Below are positions 8,062 to 17,961 of a stretch of DNA of 64,000 nt, piece by piece. A program made the position numbers and the translations under genes. Under the pieces are notes generated by a model. The model was not told the origin of the DNA. It searched no databases and saw only the letters and a program-made list of their open reading frames with translations. How positions within the stretch are numbered: the stretch's first letter is position 1; every line of letters begins with the position of its first letter. Source of the DNA: Planctomycetota bacterium (GTDB lineage: Bacteria; Planctomycetota; UBA1135; UBA2386); NCBI GenBank assembly GCA_965228735.1, contig OZ245838.1, positions 3,520,001-3,584,000 on the forward strand, written 5' to 3'.

Positions 8062-9447
8062 ATGGACTCGAGCACTTCGCCATGGCGCGTCGCCGTCATC
8101 GGATCGGGGCCGTCGGCCTTCTACACGGCCGAGGCGCTGTTCAAGACGGCGGGAGTCGCCGCGCGCGTCGACATGTTCGACCGGCTGCCGGTGCCGTTCG
8201 GCCTCGTGCGCGGCGGCGTGGCGCCGGACCACCAGAAGATCAAGAGCGTCACCCGCATCTACGACAAGATCGCGGGCAACGACGGTTTCCGCTTCTTCGG
8301 CAACGTCAAGCTCGGGCGCGACGTCCAGGTCGACGACCTCGAACGGCACTACGACCAGGTGGTCTACGCGTTCGGTTGTGAGAGCGACAACAAGCTCGGC
8401 GCGCCCGGCGAGGAGCTCGCGGGCGTGCACTCGGCGACGGAGTTCGTCGGCTGGTACAACGGTCACCCCGACCACCGGCATCGCACGTTCGATCTGAAGA
8501 ACGCGAGGCGCGTCGCGCTCGTCGGCAACGGCAACGTCGCGATGGACGTGGCGCGCGTGCTGCTGCAGTCGCCCGACCGACTCGCGACGACGGACATCGC
8601 CGACTACGCCCTGGCAGTGCTGCGCGAGAGCTCGGTCACCGAGGTCGTGCTGCTCGGCCGCCGCGGTCCGGCGCAGGCCGCGTTCAGCCCGAAGGAGATC
8701 GAGGAGATCCACCACCTCGACGACGTCGACGTCGTGCTGCAGAAGGACGAGGCCGAGCTCGACGAGCTGAGCCAGAAGTGGCTCGCGGAATCGGCCGCGC
8801 GCAGCGCGCAGCGCAACGTCAAGTTCCTGACCGAACGCGCCGAGCACGGCGAGGGCTCGGCGCCCAACAAGCTGCGCTGCCGCTTCCTCGTGAGCCCGAC
8901 CGAGATCCTCGGCGACGGCAAGGTCAGCGCGGTGCGCGTGCAGAACATGGAGCTGAAGGCCGACGACAACGGTACGCCGCGGCCCAAGCCCAAGGGCACG
9001 TTCGAGGACGTCGAATGCGATCTGCTCTTCAAGGCGATCGGCTACCGCGGCGAGCCCGTGCCCGGCGTGCCGTTCGACGACCGCTGGGGCATCGTCCCCA
9101 ACAGGGACGGCCGCGTGCTCGTGACCCCGGACGGCGAACCCAAGGCCGGGCACTACGTCGCGGGCTGGTGCAAGCGCGGCCCGACCGGGCTCATCGGCAC
9201 GAACAGCCCCGATGCGAAGGCCACGGTCGAAGCGATGAAGGCCGACCGCGACACCGGCAGAGTGCTGCGTCCCGACAGCGACGACATCGCGGCACTGCTC
9301 ACCGAGCGCGGCATCGACGCGGTGAGCTGGGCCGACTGGCAACGCCTCGACGCCTGGGAGATCGAAGAGGGCAAGAAGCGCGACAAGCTGCGCCACAAGC
9401 TCTCCGACATCGACGAGATGATGCGCGTCATTCGCGAGCTGCGTTGA
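8062..9447 (+). CDS. Ferredoxin--NADP+ reductase (adrenodoxin reductase/FprA family)
   Basis: GSGPSAFY, PVPFGLVRGGVAPDH, FVGWYNGHP, GNGNVAMDVAR, RRGPAQAAF and GWCKRGPTGLIGTN. Confidence 0.93.
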   Translation: MDSSTSPWRVAVIGSGPSAFYTAEALFKTAGVAARVDMFDRLPVPFGLVRGGVAPDHQKIKSVTRIYDKIAGNDGFRFFGNVKLGRDVQVDDLERHYDQVVYAFGCESDNKLGAPGEELAGVHSATEFVGWYNGHPDHRHRTFDLKNARRVALVGNGNVAMDVARVLLQSPDRLATTDIADYALAVLRESSVTEVVLLGRRGPAQAAFSPKEIEEIHHLDDVDVVLQKDEAELDELSQKWLAESAARSAQRNVKFLTERAEHGEGSAPNKLRCRFLVSPTEILGDGKVSAVRVQNMELKADDNGTPRPKPKGTFEDVECDLLFKAIGYRGEPVPGVPFDDRWGIVPNRDGRVLVTPDGEPKAGHYVAGWCKRGPTGLIGTNSPDAKATVEAMKADRDTGRVLRPDSDDIAALLTERGIDAVSWADWQRLDAWEIEEGKKRDKLRHKLSDIDEMMRVIRELR

Positions 9448-9493
9448 GGGTCGCGAAGCAACCGGGCAGCTCGAAGCGGTCGAGACCACCGCA

Positions 9494-9619
9494 GCCATCG
9501 GCCTTGGCGCCGCCGGGGATTGGTTCACGGGGCCGCGAATCGAGGATGCGTTCGCGAGTGGCACTGCGCTCGCCGACCGGCTCCTCGCGCATCCGGCGCT
9601 GGAACGGACCCGGCGCTGA
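9494..9619 (+). pseudogene. C-terminal remnant of a renalase-type FAD-dependent oxidoreductase
   Basis: Reads AIGLGAAGDWFTGPRIEDAFASGTALADRLL...TGA(9617-19). No start codon in frame after the upstream stop at 9419. Not in the ORF track. Confidence 0.6.
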
Positions 9620-9877
9620 ACCCGTGATGTCCGTTCACCGGGAATCTGCCGGCGTCAGCTGGTTCCCGCGCAACTCGAGGTCGCGCCCTTCGCAAGCGAT
9701 CCTGATCGTCGGCATCGCGTAGTGCCATATCGATCGACCCGGCCGGCCCGTGCACTTGGACGAGGATGAACCGGCGGGCCCGGGACGCGGAACCTCATCG
9801 TGCCGGTCTCGACGCCAGGGCAACGGAGTCGACACGAAATCCACGTGCGCTCCTCTCGCCGCGGCACTCTTGCGGAC

Positions 9878-10237
9878 ATGAACGGCACGCGCCACCCCTC
9901 CCTTCGCCGCCTGCCCGATCCGGTCGCGTCGCCCGCAGACGTCGACGACCTGATCGCGGCGACCGCAGCGGTGGTCGAGACGGCCCTCGAGCGTGGCCGG
10001 CTGCCGGTCACGGTAGACGGGGCAGCCGAACTGCTCGGCCGCGTGCTGCGGGCTCGACTCGACGCAGCTGCCGGGCCGGCAAGCACCGCGGCCGCGGCGG
10101 ACACCCAGGCGCGGCTCGCGGCCGCGGAACAGGCGCTCCGCGCGGTGCTGGATCGCTGGAACAACCGCCGCTCGCACGCGCTCGAGTGGGCCATCATCGT
10201 GCTGATCGCGGTCGACATCGTGATCGCCGCGCTCTGA
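9878..10237 (+). CDS. Short, degenerate RMD1/DUF155 (YagE)-like protein, possibly a pseudogene
   Basis: ERGRLP...ELLGRVL and the C-terminal NNRRSHALEWAIIVLIAVDI TM signature of DUF155; only about 119 aa. Confidence 0.5.
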   Translation: MNGTRHPSLRRLPDPVASPADVDDLIAATAAVVETALERGRLPVTVDGAAELLGRVLRARLDAAAGPASTAAAADTQARLAAAEQALRAVLDRWNNRRSHALEWAIIVLIAVDIVIAAL

Positions 10238-10250
10238 GCGGACGGGGCTC

Positions 10251-10269
10251 ACCCTGCGGATCGCAGGGT
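10251..10269. terminator. Hairpin between convergent genes
   Basis: ACCCTGCG-GAT-CGCAGGGT, perfect 8-bp stem. Confidence 0.5.
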
Positions 10270-10283
10270 ATCGGGCGCCGCGG

Positions 10284-10703
10284 TCACCAGTGCCCGGTGT
10301 TGCCCATCGACGCCCAGGGTTCGGTCGGCGGCAGCGGCTCGCCGCGCTGCAGCAGCTCGATCGAGATGTTGTCGGGGGATCGCACGAAGGCCATGTGACC
10401 GTCGCGCGGCGGGCGGTTGATCGTCACGCCGGCGTCCATCAGGCGCTGGCACGTCGCGTAGATGTCGTCGACGAGGTAGGCCAGATGGCCGAAGTTGCGG
10501 CCCTCGCCGTAGTCCTCCGGATCCCAGTTGTAGGTCAGCTCGACCTGAGCATCCTCGTCGCCCGGCGCGGCGAGGAACACCAGCGTGAAGCGGCCCTTCT
10601 CGCTCTCCTTGCGCCGCAGCTCTTCGAGGCCGAGGTGCTTGCAGTAGAACTCGAGGGACTGGTCGAGGTCGGTGACGCGAACCATCGTGTGCAGATACTT
10701 CAT
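10284..10703 (-). CDS. gloA: Lactoylglutathione lyase (glyoxalase I, VOC family)
   Basis: [31 protein letters not shown] and AFVRSPD..IELL. Confidence 0.93.
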   Translation of the reverse strand: MKYLHTMVRVTDLDQSLEFYCKHLGLEELRRKESEKGRFTLVFLAAPGDEDAQVELTYNWDPEDYGEGRNFGHLAYLVDDIYATCQRLMDAGVTINRPPRDGHMAFVRSPDNISIELLQRGEPLPPTEPWASMGNTGHW

Positions 10704-10859
10704 CTTCAGGCGTTCCCGCGGGGTGGAGGCGGTTGTGCTCGTCGTGCGGCTGCCGCACGTCGTGCGGCGACGATCCGCGCCGAGGGTGCGCCCGTCAAGC
10801 GAGCGCGGGCAAAGGCGATTCGGCGGCGCTTCTGCTCGAACGCAGGACGAACCGTCGCC

Positions 10860-11294
10860 TCATTCAGGTGCGGAGAAATGCCGCGCGACGAGGTCCTCGA
10901 CGTTCTCGCGGCGGAGGGGCTTGGTGACGAACCCACGCACGAGTGGGTTGGCTTCCGCGCGGGCGCGATCTTCCGGCGCGATCGAGCTGGTCAGCATGAT
11001 GATGACGACGGACCCGGTGATCTCGTCGGGCAGCTCAGCGAACCGCTCGAGAAAGGCCCAGGCGTCCACACCAGGCATGTTGATGTCGAGCAGGATCAAA
11101 TCGGGCGGGAAGGCATCTCCGTGCTTCTGCATTCCGCCCTCGCGGTCCGCGAGGAAGCGCAACGCTTCCGCACCGCCCGAACAGACGAAGAGTTGCTTCT
11201 CATCGCCGACGACCCCCACCCGCTGCAGAATTCGCGCATGCAGATAGTTGTCGTCCGGGCTGTCATCGACGAGCAGGACTCCGTTGACGGTCAT
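10860..11294 (-). CDS. Single-domain response regulator (Rcp1-like receiver)
   Basis: LLVDD, PDLILLDINMP, MLTSS and KP; overlaps the 3' end of the upstream kinase. Confidence 0.9.
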   Translation of the reverse strand: MTVNGVLLVDDSPDDNYLHARILQRVGVVGDEKQLFVCSGGAEALRFLADREGGMQKHGDAFPPDLILLDINMPGVDAWAFLERFAELPDEITGSVVIIMLTSSIAPEDRARAEANPLVRGFVTKPLRRENVEDLVARHFSAPE

Positions 11295-13071
11295 GTACTA
11301 CTTCTATCGGCTGAGGCAGCTCGACGCGAAAACAACTGCCTTCACCAACCCGGCTGTCGACGGTCACACGCCCCCCCATCCGCTCGACGTGTTTTCGAAC
11401 CAGGTAGAGACCGAGGCCGCTGCCGTCCACCGAAGTGCCGCCCACGCGGACGAACATCTCGAACACACGGCTCTGATACTCGACATCGATGCCGATGCCG
11501 TTGTCTCGCACCTCGATGATCTGCGTGCCGTCATCGTCCAAACGCGCGTGCACTTCGACTCGCGGATCGGCGCGGCCCCCAGAGTACTTGATCGCGTTCG
11601 AAACCAGGTTCTCGATGCACTGCTCGAGGCGAGCCCGACAAGCGACGACTGCCACGTCGGGATCCGGTTTGACGAGCTCGGCACCGCTGGACCGCAGCAT
11701 CCAGTCGAGATTCTCACGGATGTCGTCAACTAGCGAGCCAACGCTGACGTGGGTCAACTCATCCTCGAGGTGATCGGCGCGATGCAGTTGATGCATCTTC
11801 TCGACGACCTCGGCAAGGCGCAGAGCCTGCGCGTCGACTCGCTCGGCATACGCCTCGATCCTGCCGTACTCGTTCTCGAGCACGTCCTCCTTGATCTCGT
11901 GCGCGAACCCTCGAATCGTCCGCAGCGGCGCGACGAGGTCATGCGATGTCCGGTAGCTGAAGTGCGTGAGTTCCTCGTTCGCCGTCCGCAGCCGCGCCTC
12001 GCTCGCCCTGACTTCGGAGGTCATCCTGTCCGCGAGGGCCAACGCCCGACGTGACGATCGGGTCAGCCCGACGAAGAGGGTCAGGAGCAGGAGGTCGACG
12101 AGAATGCCCCCGAGCAGAATCGTCAGCGGCTGAGCGCTCTGGGCCGCCGCATGGAACGCAGCGTCACTTTGAATCTCGAACCGCCACGCTCGACCGAAGA
12201 GATCGACCTGGAGCGTGTCACGGTACTGCGGATCTTCGTGCAGACCTCGGTCCGCGAACAACAGCTCATCCCCATCGAAGAGTCGCAACGTGACATCGCG
12301 ATTGCTGCGCTCGAGCACACCATCCATGAGCTTCTTGACGATGAAGGGCGCGTAGATGATCCCGGCGAAGTTGGCCTCGCGCTCGGCCTCGGTTGTGCTC
12401 GCTCCCCTGTACCACGGCTCGAAGAACAGGAATCCCGGCGTCTTCTCCTCGTCCTGCACGAGCACGATCGGCCCGGTGATCTGTGGCTTGCCCGTCGCTC
12501 GCGCCAACCTGGCGGCTGAGTAGCGATTCGTCTCGAAAGCCATGTCGAGGCCGACCGCGGCGCTGTTGGTCTCGACTGGTTCGACATACACGATCGGCAG
12601 CAGCTCCGGCACATCGTGGTGCGGCTTGACGGCGAAGTCGGGCCGCGAGCGACGTTGCTCAGCGAGCCAGGCATCCAGCTCGTCGCGGGCAACGGGCCAT
12701 ATGGCACCGATCCCGTTGATGCCGGGATACTGGCGCTCGATCCCGAGACGCGATGCGTAGCGCCGCCATTCGTCGTGCTGCACGGCCTGCGGCTGGGTGG
12801 CGACATACGCAACGCCAGCCCCGAGCGCGTCGCGGTACTTCTGCATCCGCTCGAGCACCAGATCGACGAGCTGGTCGCGTTCGCGCTCGAAGCGGATCCG
12901 CGCCTTGTCCTCGATCGAACTGGACGACACGTACCAGGCCCCGAACGTCAGCGCCGACGACAGCGCTACGACGGCCCAATGCAACCAGTGCAGGCGGGCC
13001 GATCGCTCCAGGGCCTCGCGGCTCGCCGAGCTAGCGCCCGGCTTCTCGATGTCCTGTGTTCGTATACTCAC
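11263..13071 (-). CDS. CHASE-domain sensor histidine kinase
   Basis: TM, then CHASE (YPGINGIG, YVEP..N..AVGLDM, ITGPIVLVQ), TM, H-box SHDLVAPLR, NLVSNAIKY, DNGIGI and GSGLGL. Confidence 0.92.
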   Translation of the reverse strand: MSIRTQDIEKPGASSASREALERSARLHWLHWAVVALSSALTFGAWYVSSSSIEDKARIRFERERDQLVDLVLERMQKYRDALGAGVAYVATQPQAVQHDEWRRYASRLGIERQYPGINGIGAIWPVARDELDAWLAEQRRSRPDFAVKPHHDVPELLPIVYVEPVETNSAAVGLDMAFETNRYSAARLARATGKPQITGPIVLVQDEEKTPGFLFFEPWYRGASTTEAEREANFAGIIYAPFIVKKLMDGVLERSNRDVTLRLFDGDELLFADRGLHEDPQYRDTLQVDLFGRAWRFEIQSDAAFHAAAQSAQPLTILLGGILVDLLLLTLFVGLTRSSRRALALADRMTSEVRASEARLRTANEELTHFSYRTSHDLVAPLRTIRGFAHEIKEDVLENEYGRIEAYAERVDAQALRLAEVVEKMHQLHRADHLEDELTHVSVGSLVDDIRENLDWMLRSSGAELVKPDPDVAVVACRARLEQCIENLVSNAIKYSGGRADPRVEVHARLDDDGTQIIEVRDNGIGIDVEYQSRVFEMFVRVGGTSVDGSGLGLYLVRKHVERMGGRVTVDSRVGEGSCFRVELPQPIEVVHDRQRSPARR

Positions 13072-13157
13072 GTTCGGGCACGGTGTGCAGTGCCCATCGG
13101 CGGCACGCGACTACATCGGCTTCGACACCGGGTGTCGTCCGAGATACTCCGCTCCCG

Positions 13158-13601
13158 TCAGCCACCGAGAACGCGCTCGATCACCGAGACGAGCCGGTGC
13201 GGACTCACGGGCTTGCTGAGCATTACCTCTGCGCCTTGGCCAATGGCCCGCCGTTCCGCTTCGCTGGAAACCGAAGCCGTGACCACGATCACATGGCAAG
13301 GGATTCCCCGCATTCGGATCTCGTGCAACACCTTGAACCCGTGCATTCCCGGCAGCCCGAGATCGAGCAACACGATGTCGGGCTCGGTGGCTTCGATGGC
13401 GTCGATGCCGGTGGCGCCGTCCGACACCGCCTGCACCTCGTATCCTTGTTCATGAAGGAACAGGGACCAACCCCGCTGGATATCGGCGTCGTCCTCGACG
13501 ATGAGAACGCGCGGGGTGGACGATGCACGCCACGGCAGGACCGAATCGACGAGCAGATCGTTGACTTCGACGTCGTTGGCGATGGAAGGAATAGCGGTCA
13601 T
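13158..13601 (-). CDS. Single-domain response regulator
   Basis: IVEDD, PDIVLLDLGLP, VVTA and SKP; AGGAG RBS upstream of ATG 13601. Confidence 0.88.
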   Translation of the reverse strand: MTAIPSIANDVEVNDLLVDSVLPWRASSTPRVLIVEDDADIQRGWSLFLHEQGYEVQAVSDGATGIDAIEATEPDIVLLDLGLPGMHGFKVLHEIRMRGIPCHVIVVTASVSSEAERRAIGQGAEVMLSKPVSPHRLVSVIERVLGG

Positions 13602-13713
13602 CACGTTTCTCTCCTGGGTGCGAGTAGCCGACCGATTCCTTTCACCAGCGACTTCGACCCCCATGAGACAGTTCTGAAGCTCCCGCCTGGAGCAGGTCTC
13701 GTTCCGAGCCGGC

Positions 13714-14127
13714 TCAGCCCAGCAGGTTGTCTACAGCCCGAGCAAGATCTTCGCGCGAGATCGGCTTCTCGAGATAGAGATCCGCGCCGGACTCCAGCGC
13801 AGCACTCTCGAACACACACTCGTCCCAAGCGCTCAGCACGACGATTCGAGCTCGGTGAGCCGATACGCGAAGCCGCCGCAAGACTTCGAGCCCACCGAGA
13901 TTCGGCAGCCCCAGGTCGAGGATGATCAGATCCGGCATCAGCTCGGCAGCATCGGCGACTACCTGGCTGCCATCGCCTTGGTGGTGGACCTCATGCCCCA
14001 TGGCTGCGAGGCAGACCTCGATTCCACGCGCAGTATCGCCATCGTCTTCGACGACGAGAATTCGGGCGGTGGTTGCCGTGCCGTGCTTCCACACATGCCG
14101 ACTCCGACAATCCTCGAGCGCTTTCAC
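13714..14127 (-). CDS. Single-domain response regulator
   Basis: VVEDD, PDLIILDLGLP, VLSA and EKP. Confidence 0.85.
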   Translation of the reverse strand: MKALEDCRSRHVWKHGTATTARILVVEDDGDTARGIEVCLAAMGHEVHHQGDGSQVVADAAELMPDLIILDLGLPNLGGLEVLRRLRVSAHRARIVVLSAWDECVFESAALESGADLYLEKPISREDLARAVDNLLG

Positions 14128-14864
14128 AAGGCGGACCTCACGGCAGTCAACAACTGCACTTCGTCGGCCGGCTTCTCGAGGTAGGAAGTGGCCCCTGCCT
14201 CGACCGCGGGCCCCACCGCTTCGCTGGCGTCACGACCGCTGAGCACTACGACCGGCAACTGTTCCATCCCCTCGATCGCGCGCAGCCGCGTGAGCACGGA
14301 GATTCCGTCACCGCAAGGCAGTCCGAGATCCAACAAGACGAGATCCGGTTTGTGCTTGCGGGCCGCCATCAAGGCCGATGCGCCGTCTCCCGCCAGCGCG
14401 ACCACGTAGTCTTCCGAACGCAACCGAACCGCGAGCGCAGCCCGCGTGTCCGCGTCGTCGTCGACCACGAGAATACGCTTCCGGGGAGCGGCGTCCGAAG
14501 TCAGTCCCGCCCGAATCGCATCGATGAGCTCGCCTGCGTCAGCGGGCTTTCGCAGTACCGCGCGCGCACCGAGCGCGAGAGCGCGGCTGTCGACCTCGTC
14601 GCCATCTCGCCCCGTAACTACGTAGGTCGGAGTCTCCGAGAGCTCAGCGATGTCCTGCAGACGCTCGAGAAAGACCAGCCCATCGCCGCCAGGAAGCCCC
14701 AGGTCCAGCACGATCGCATCGGGCTGCTCGCGACGAGCTGCGATCAGGCCCGAGATGCTGTCTTCGGCAGCGATGACCTCGAACTCTCGGCCAAGCAGAA
14801 CGACCAGCCCCTGCCGGACATCGGCGTCGTCCTCGACGACCAGCACCTTCTTCACTTCGCTCAT
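14124..14864 (-). CDS. Tandem double-receiver response regulator
   Basis: Two complete REC domains (VVEDD..LDLGLP..KP and VVDDD..LDLGLP..KP); GGAGG RBS. Confidence 0.9.
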   Translation of the reverse strand: MSEVKKVLVVEDDADVRQGLVVLLGREFEVIAAEDSISGLIAARREQPDAIVLDLGLPGGDGLVFLERLQDIAELSETPTYVVTGRDGDEVDSRALALGARAVLRKPADAGELIDAIRAGLTSDAAPRKRILVVDDDADTRAALAVRLRSEDYVVALAGDGASALMAARKHKPDLVLLDLGLPCGDGISVLTRLRAIEGMEQLPVVVLSGRDASEAVGPAVEAGATSYLEKPADEVQLLTAVRSAL

Positions 14865-16444
14865 CGAACCACTCCTCCTTCGATCTCGGACAACTCCGCG
14901 TTGATCTCACGCGCAGTCCGTATCAGGGCCTCATCGATCCCGAGTTGTGCAGGATTCTCGATCGCGAACCAACGGCAACGAACTGTCGCCTCGAACCCGG
15001 CCCTCCCGAGCCGCGGATCGCGGTCGAACTCGGCTCGAACCCGGTTGGCGATGGCCGCAATGCCGGGCTCCGCGGTGCGCGCTACTCCGCTCGCGGTGAC
15101 CGTGGACGCGACATCGGTCAGCGGCAGAACCACATCGCTGAGGCCGAGCATGCATCGTTCGAGCAACTGAACTGCCGGTGCCCCAGCAGCGTCGACCCCC
15201 TTGGCATGGGCGGCACTCGTGACTGGCCGAACCGAGAGAGTGACCAGCCCGACGCCCGACTCGCAAGCACCGTCGACGACGGCCACGCGACGAACGAACG
15301 ACTCGAGAGACCAGGTCGGCAGCGCGAACAGGAAGCGGCTGCCTTGGCCCGCTGCGCTCTCGGCCCAGATTCGCCCGTTGTGCATCGCGACGATCTCTTG
15401 GCAGATATGCAGCCCGAGTCCCAAGCCGTTCCGGCTCGTATCCGCCCTGTGCTCGGCCTGGTACAGCCGCTCGAACACCTGACCGATGTCCTCGGCGGCG
15501 ATTCCGCACCCCGTGTCCGAAACGGCGACGACCAGTTCGTCTCCCACGGCCCGCGCATCGACAGCGACGGTTCCGTTCTCCGGCGTGAACTTGATCGCGT
15601 TCTCCAGCAGGTTGACCAGGACCTGCTCGATGCGGTGCTCGTCTGCCACCACCCGGGGAAGATCGCGCAAGGCGCCGAGCTCGAGCTGAACTCCCTTCTT
15701 CGCGGCCTGGGCCCGCAGAGAATCAACAGCCCTGCCGACGATCGGCACGATCTTGGTTCGTCGCAGATCGCAGGTGAGCTTGCCGGAGTTCGCACGCGTC
15801 ACGTCCATGAGCGTGCTGATCATGTGCTTGAGCTGCTCGGTGTTGCGGAGCACGATGTCGAGGTACTCCGCCTGCTGCGCGGACACGCCGCCGGCGATAC
15901 CATCGCGCAGAATCGTCACGAACTGCATGATCGCCGTCAGCGGGGTCCGCAGCTCGTGCGAAACATGCGACAGGAGCCGGTCCTTGACTTCGCCCTCCCT
16001 TCGCTGCGCAGCCTCGACCTCTCGGAGCAGGCGATCGCGCTCCGTCGCGAAGCGGATGCTGTCATGCAGACTCTTGGCCGTGAAGTCCCCCTTCACGAGA
16101 TAGTCCTGCGCTCCCAGCCGAACGGCTTCGATGGCGTCGCGCTCGTCCTCGTTGCCCGTGAGAACGATCACCGGCACCTGCTTGGGGCAGGCCATTACCT
16201 TCTCGACGTTCGTGAGCCCTCGACCGTCAGGAAGCCCGAGATCGAGCAGCACGACGTCGAACGCATCTTCGTTCACCGCGGTGATCCCGTCGACGAGGCG
16301 CTGCTCTCTCCGCAGGTGAAACGGTCCGAACCCGCGTTTGCGCAGGTTCGTTTCCACTACCCGCGCATCGGCCAGGTCGTCCTCGATCAGCAGGATCGAT
16401 AACGGACTCGCATTTCTCTGCCGGGTTCTCTGGGCTGTGGGCAA
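14861..16444 (-). CDS. Hybrid REC-histidine kinase with a C-terminal extension
   Basis: N-terminal REC (IEDD, LDLGLPD, GAQDYLVK); SHELRTPL, NLLENAIKF, DTGCGI and GLGLGL; about 150-aa tail. Confidence 0.9.
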   Translation of the reverse strand: MPTAQRTRQRNASPLSILLIEDDLADARVVETNLRKRGFGPFHLRREQRLVDGITAVNEDAFDVVLLDLGLPDGRGLTNVEKVMACPKQVPVIVLTGNEDERDAIEAVRLGAQDYLVKGDFTAKSLHDSIRFATERDRLLREVEAAQRREGEVKDRLLSHVSHELRTPLTAIMQFVTILRDGIAGGVSAQQAEYLDIVLRNTEQLKHMISTLMDVTRANSGKLTCDLRRTKIVPIVGRAVDSLRAQAAKKGVQLELGALRDLPRVVADEHRIEQVLVNLLENAIKFTPENGTVAVDARAVGDELVVAVSDTGCGIAAEDIGQVFERLYQAEHRADTSRNGLGLGLHICQEIVAMHNGRIWAESAAGQGSRFLFALPTWSLESFVRRVAVVDGACESGVGLVTLSVRPVTSAAHAKGVDAAGAPAVQLLERCMLGLSDVVLPLTDVASTVTASGVARTAEPGIAAIANRVRAEFDRDPRLGRAGFEATVRCRWFAIENPAQLGIDEALIRTAREINAELSEIEGGVVR

Positions 16445-16701
16445 GCTGACACCTCTCGATTCGGAAGTCGGGACACCGAGCTCTCCTTCTCGGCGGCAAC
16501 CGGGTATCGCGTTTTCGAACGGGCTGCTTTAGGTCCCCGAACCCGTGCCGGCAGACGCAATGCAGAACGGGCGGTGACATCGCATCGAGCGAATTCGATT
16601 CGTTCGGGCCGACTCAACCCCCGGACATGTAGGGCTCTACGAACTGCCGGATCAAGAGAGTCGAAGCCGACGCCGCAACGCACTCCCGTACGGGAGACTA
16701 C

Positions 16702-17961
16702 CTACGGAGCACCTGACCGTTCGCAAACGGCGCCAGACAGGACTGGCGACGGGGACTGCTCCGCCTTGCCGAGCACGAACTTGAAATGACTGCCCTTGCC
16801 AGGTTCCGACTCGACCCACATACGACCCCCGTGCCGCTCCACTGCTTTGCGCGCGATCGAGAGTCCCATCCCCGTGCCTTCGAACTCCTGAGGCGGATTC
16901 AGTCGTCGGAACGGCTGGAACACCTCGACCAACGCGTCGGGTTCGATGCCGATGCCGTTGTCCCGTACGCCAAAGACGGTCTCACCCTCTTCCTGGCTGC
17001 ACGTCACCTGAATCTCGGGCACTGACTCGCGGACGAACTTGAGCGCGTTGCCGATGAGGTTCTGGAATATCTGTCCGACCAGGATTCGGTCGACTCTCGT
17101 GACCGGCAAGGTGTCGACCCGAACCTCGGCTCGGGCCTCGTCGATGGCCACGGAGAGCGCGTCGATGGCATCGCCGACGCACTGCGCGACGTCGATGGCC
17201 TCCAGGTCAAGCTGCGTCGTGCCAGTTCGGGACACGCGCAGCAGCTCGCGGATGAGATCGCGCATGTTGGTCGCCGACTGAGCGATGAAGGCGACATCGT
17301 CTTCCGCCGCAGCCGGGAGGTCGTGCCCGATGTCCTCGCGCAGAAGATCGACGAACGAGAGTATCCTGCGCAGGGGAGCTTGCAGGTCATGCGCTGCGAT
17401 GTGGGCGAAGTCCTCGAGTTCGCGGTTCGATGCGGCGAGTCGATTCGCCGTGTCGCGCTGCTCGAGGCCGACTCGGCGAAGCTCCAGCTGACTGACGACC
17501 TGGCGGGCCAAGGCGCGCAATGCGTCGGTCTGATTCGGCGTCAACTGCCGGGGGGCATTGTCGATCACGCAGAGCGTGCCGAGTGGCATTCCGCTGGGCT
17601 CGACCAGCGGCGCGCCGGCATAGAAGACCACGTCGGGTGGGCCGGCAACGAGGGGGTTGTCGCAGAATCGCTCGTCCTGCCGAGCGTCCTCGACGACGAA
17701 CACGTCGCCCGGGGCGAGGATCGCATGCGAGCAGAAGGCCATGTCCCGCGGCGTCTCGGTCGCCTCGAGCCCGACGCGCGACTTGAACCACTGCCGCGTC
17801 GAGTCGACGAGGCTGACGAGTGCGATCGGAGTCCCGCAGATCTCGGACGCCAGCTTGCTGAGGTCGTCGAACAGCTGGTCAGGATCGGTGTCCAGGATGC
17901 AGTACGAGTTCAGCCGCTCGAGTCGCTCCGCCTCGTTCGGATGAAGAGGCGCCACGATCAT
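16702..17961 (-). CDS. GAF-domain cytoplasmic sensor histidine kinase
   Basis: GAF (ILDT..D..FDD, RQWFKS, AFCSHAI, FYAGAPL); AHDLQAPLR, NLIGNALKF, DNGIGI and GTGMGL. Start at MIVAPLHP (17961). Confidence 0.9.
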   Translation of the reverse strand: MIVAPLHPNEAERLERLNSYCILDTDPDQLFDDLSKLASEICGTPIALVSLVDSTRQWFKSRVGLEATETPRDMAFCSHAILAPGDVFVVEDARQDERFCDNPLVAGPPDVVFYAGAPLVEPSGMPLGTLCVIDNAPRQLTPNQTDALRALARQVVSQLELRRVGLEQRDTANRLAASNRELEDFAHIAAHDLQAPLRRILSFVDLLREDIGHDLPAAAEDDVAFIAQSATNMRDLIRELLRVSRTGTTQLDLEAIDVAQCVGDAIDALSVAIDEARAEVRVDTLPVTRVDRILVGQIFQNLIGNALKFVRESVPEIQVTCSQEEGETVFGVRDNGIGIEPDALVEVFQPFRRLNPPQEFEGTGMGLSIARKAVERHGGRMWVESEPGKGSHFKFVLGKAEQSPSPVLSGAVCERSGAP

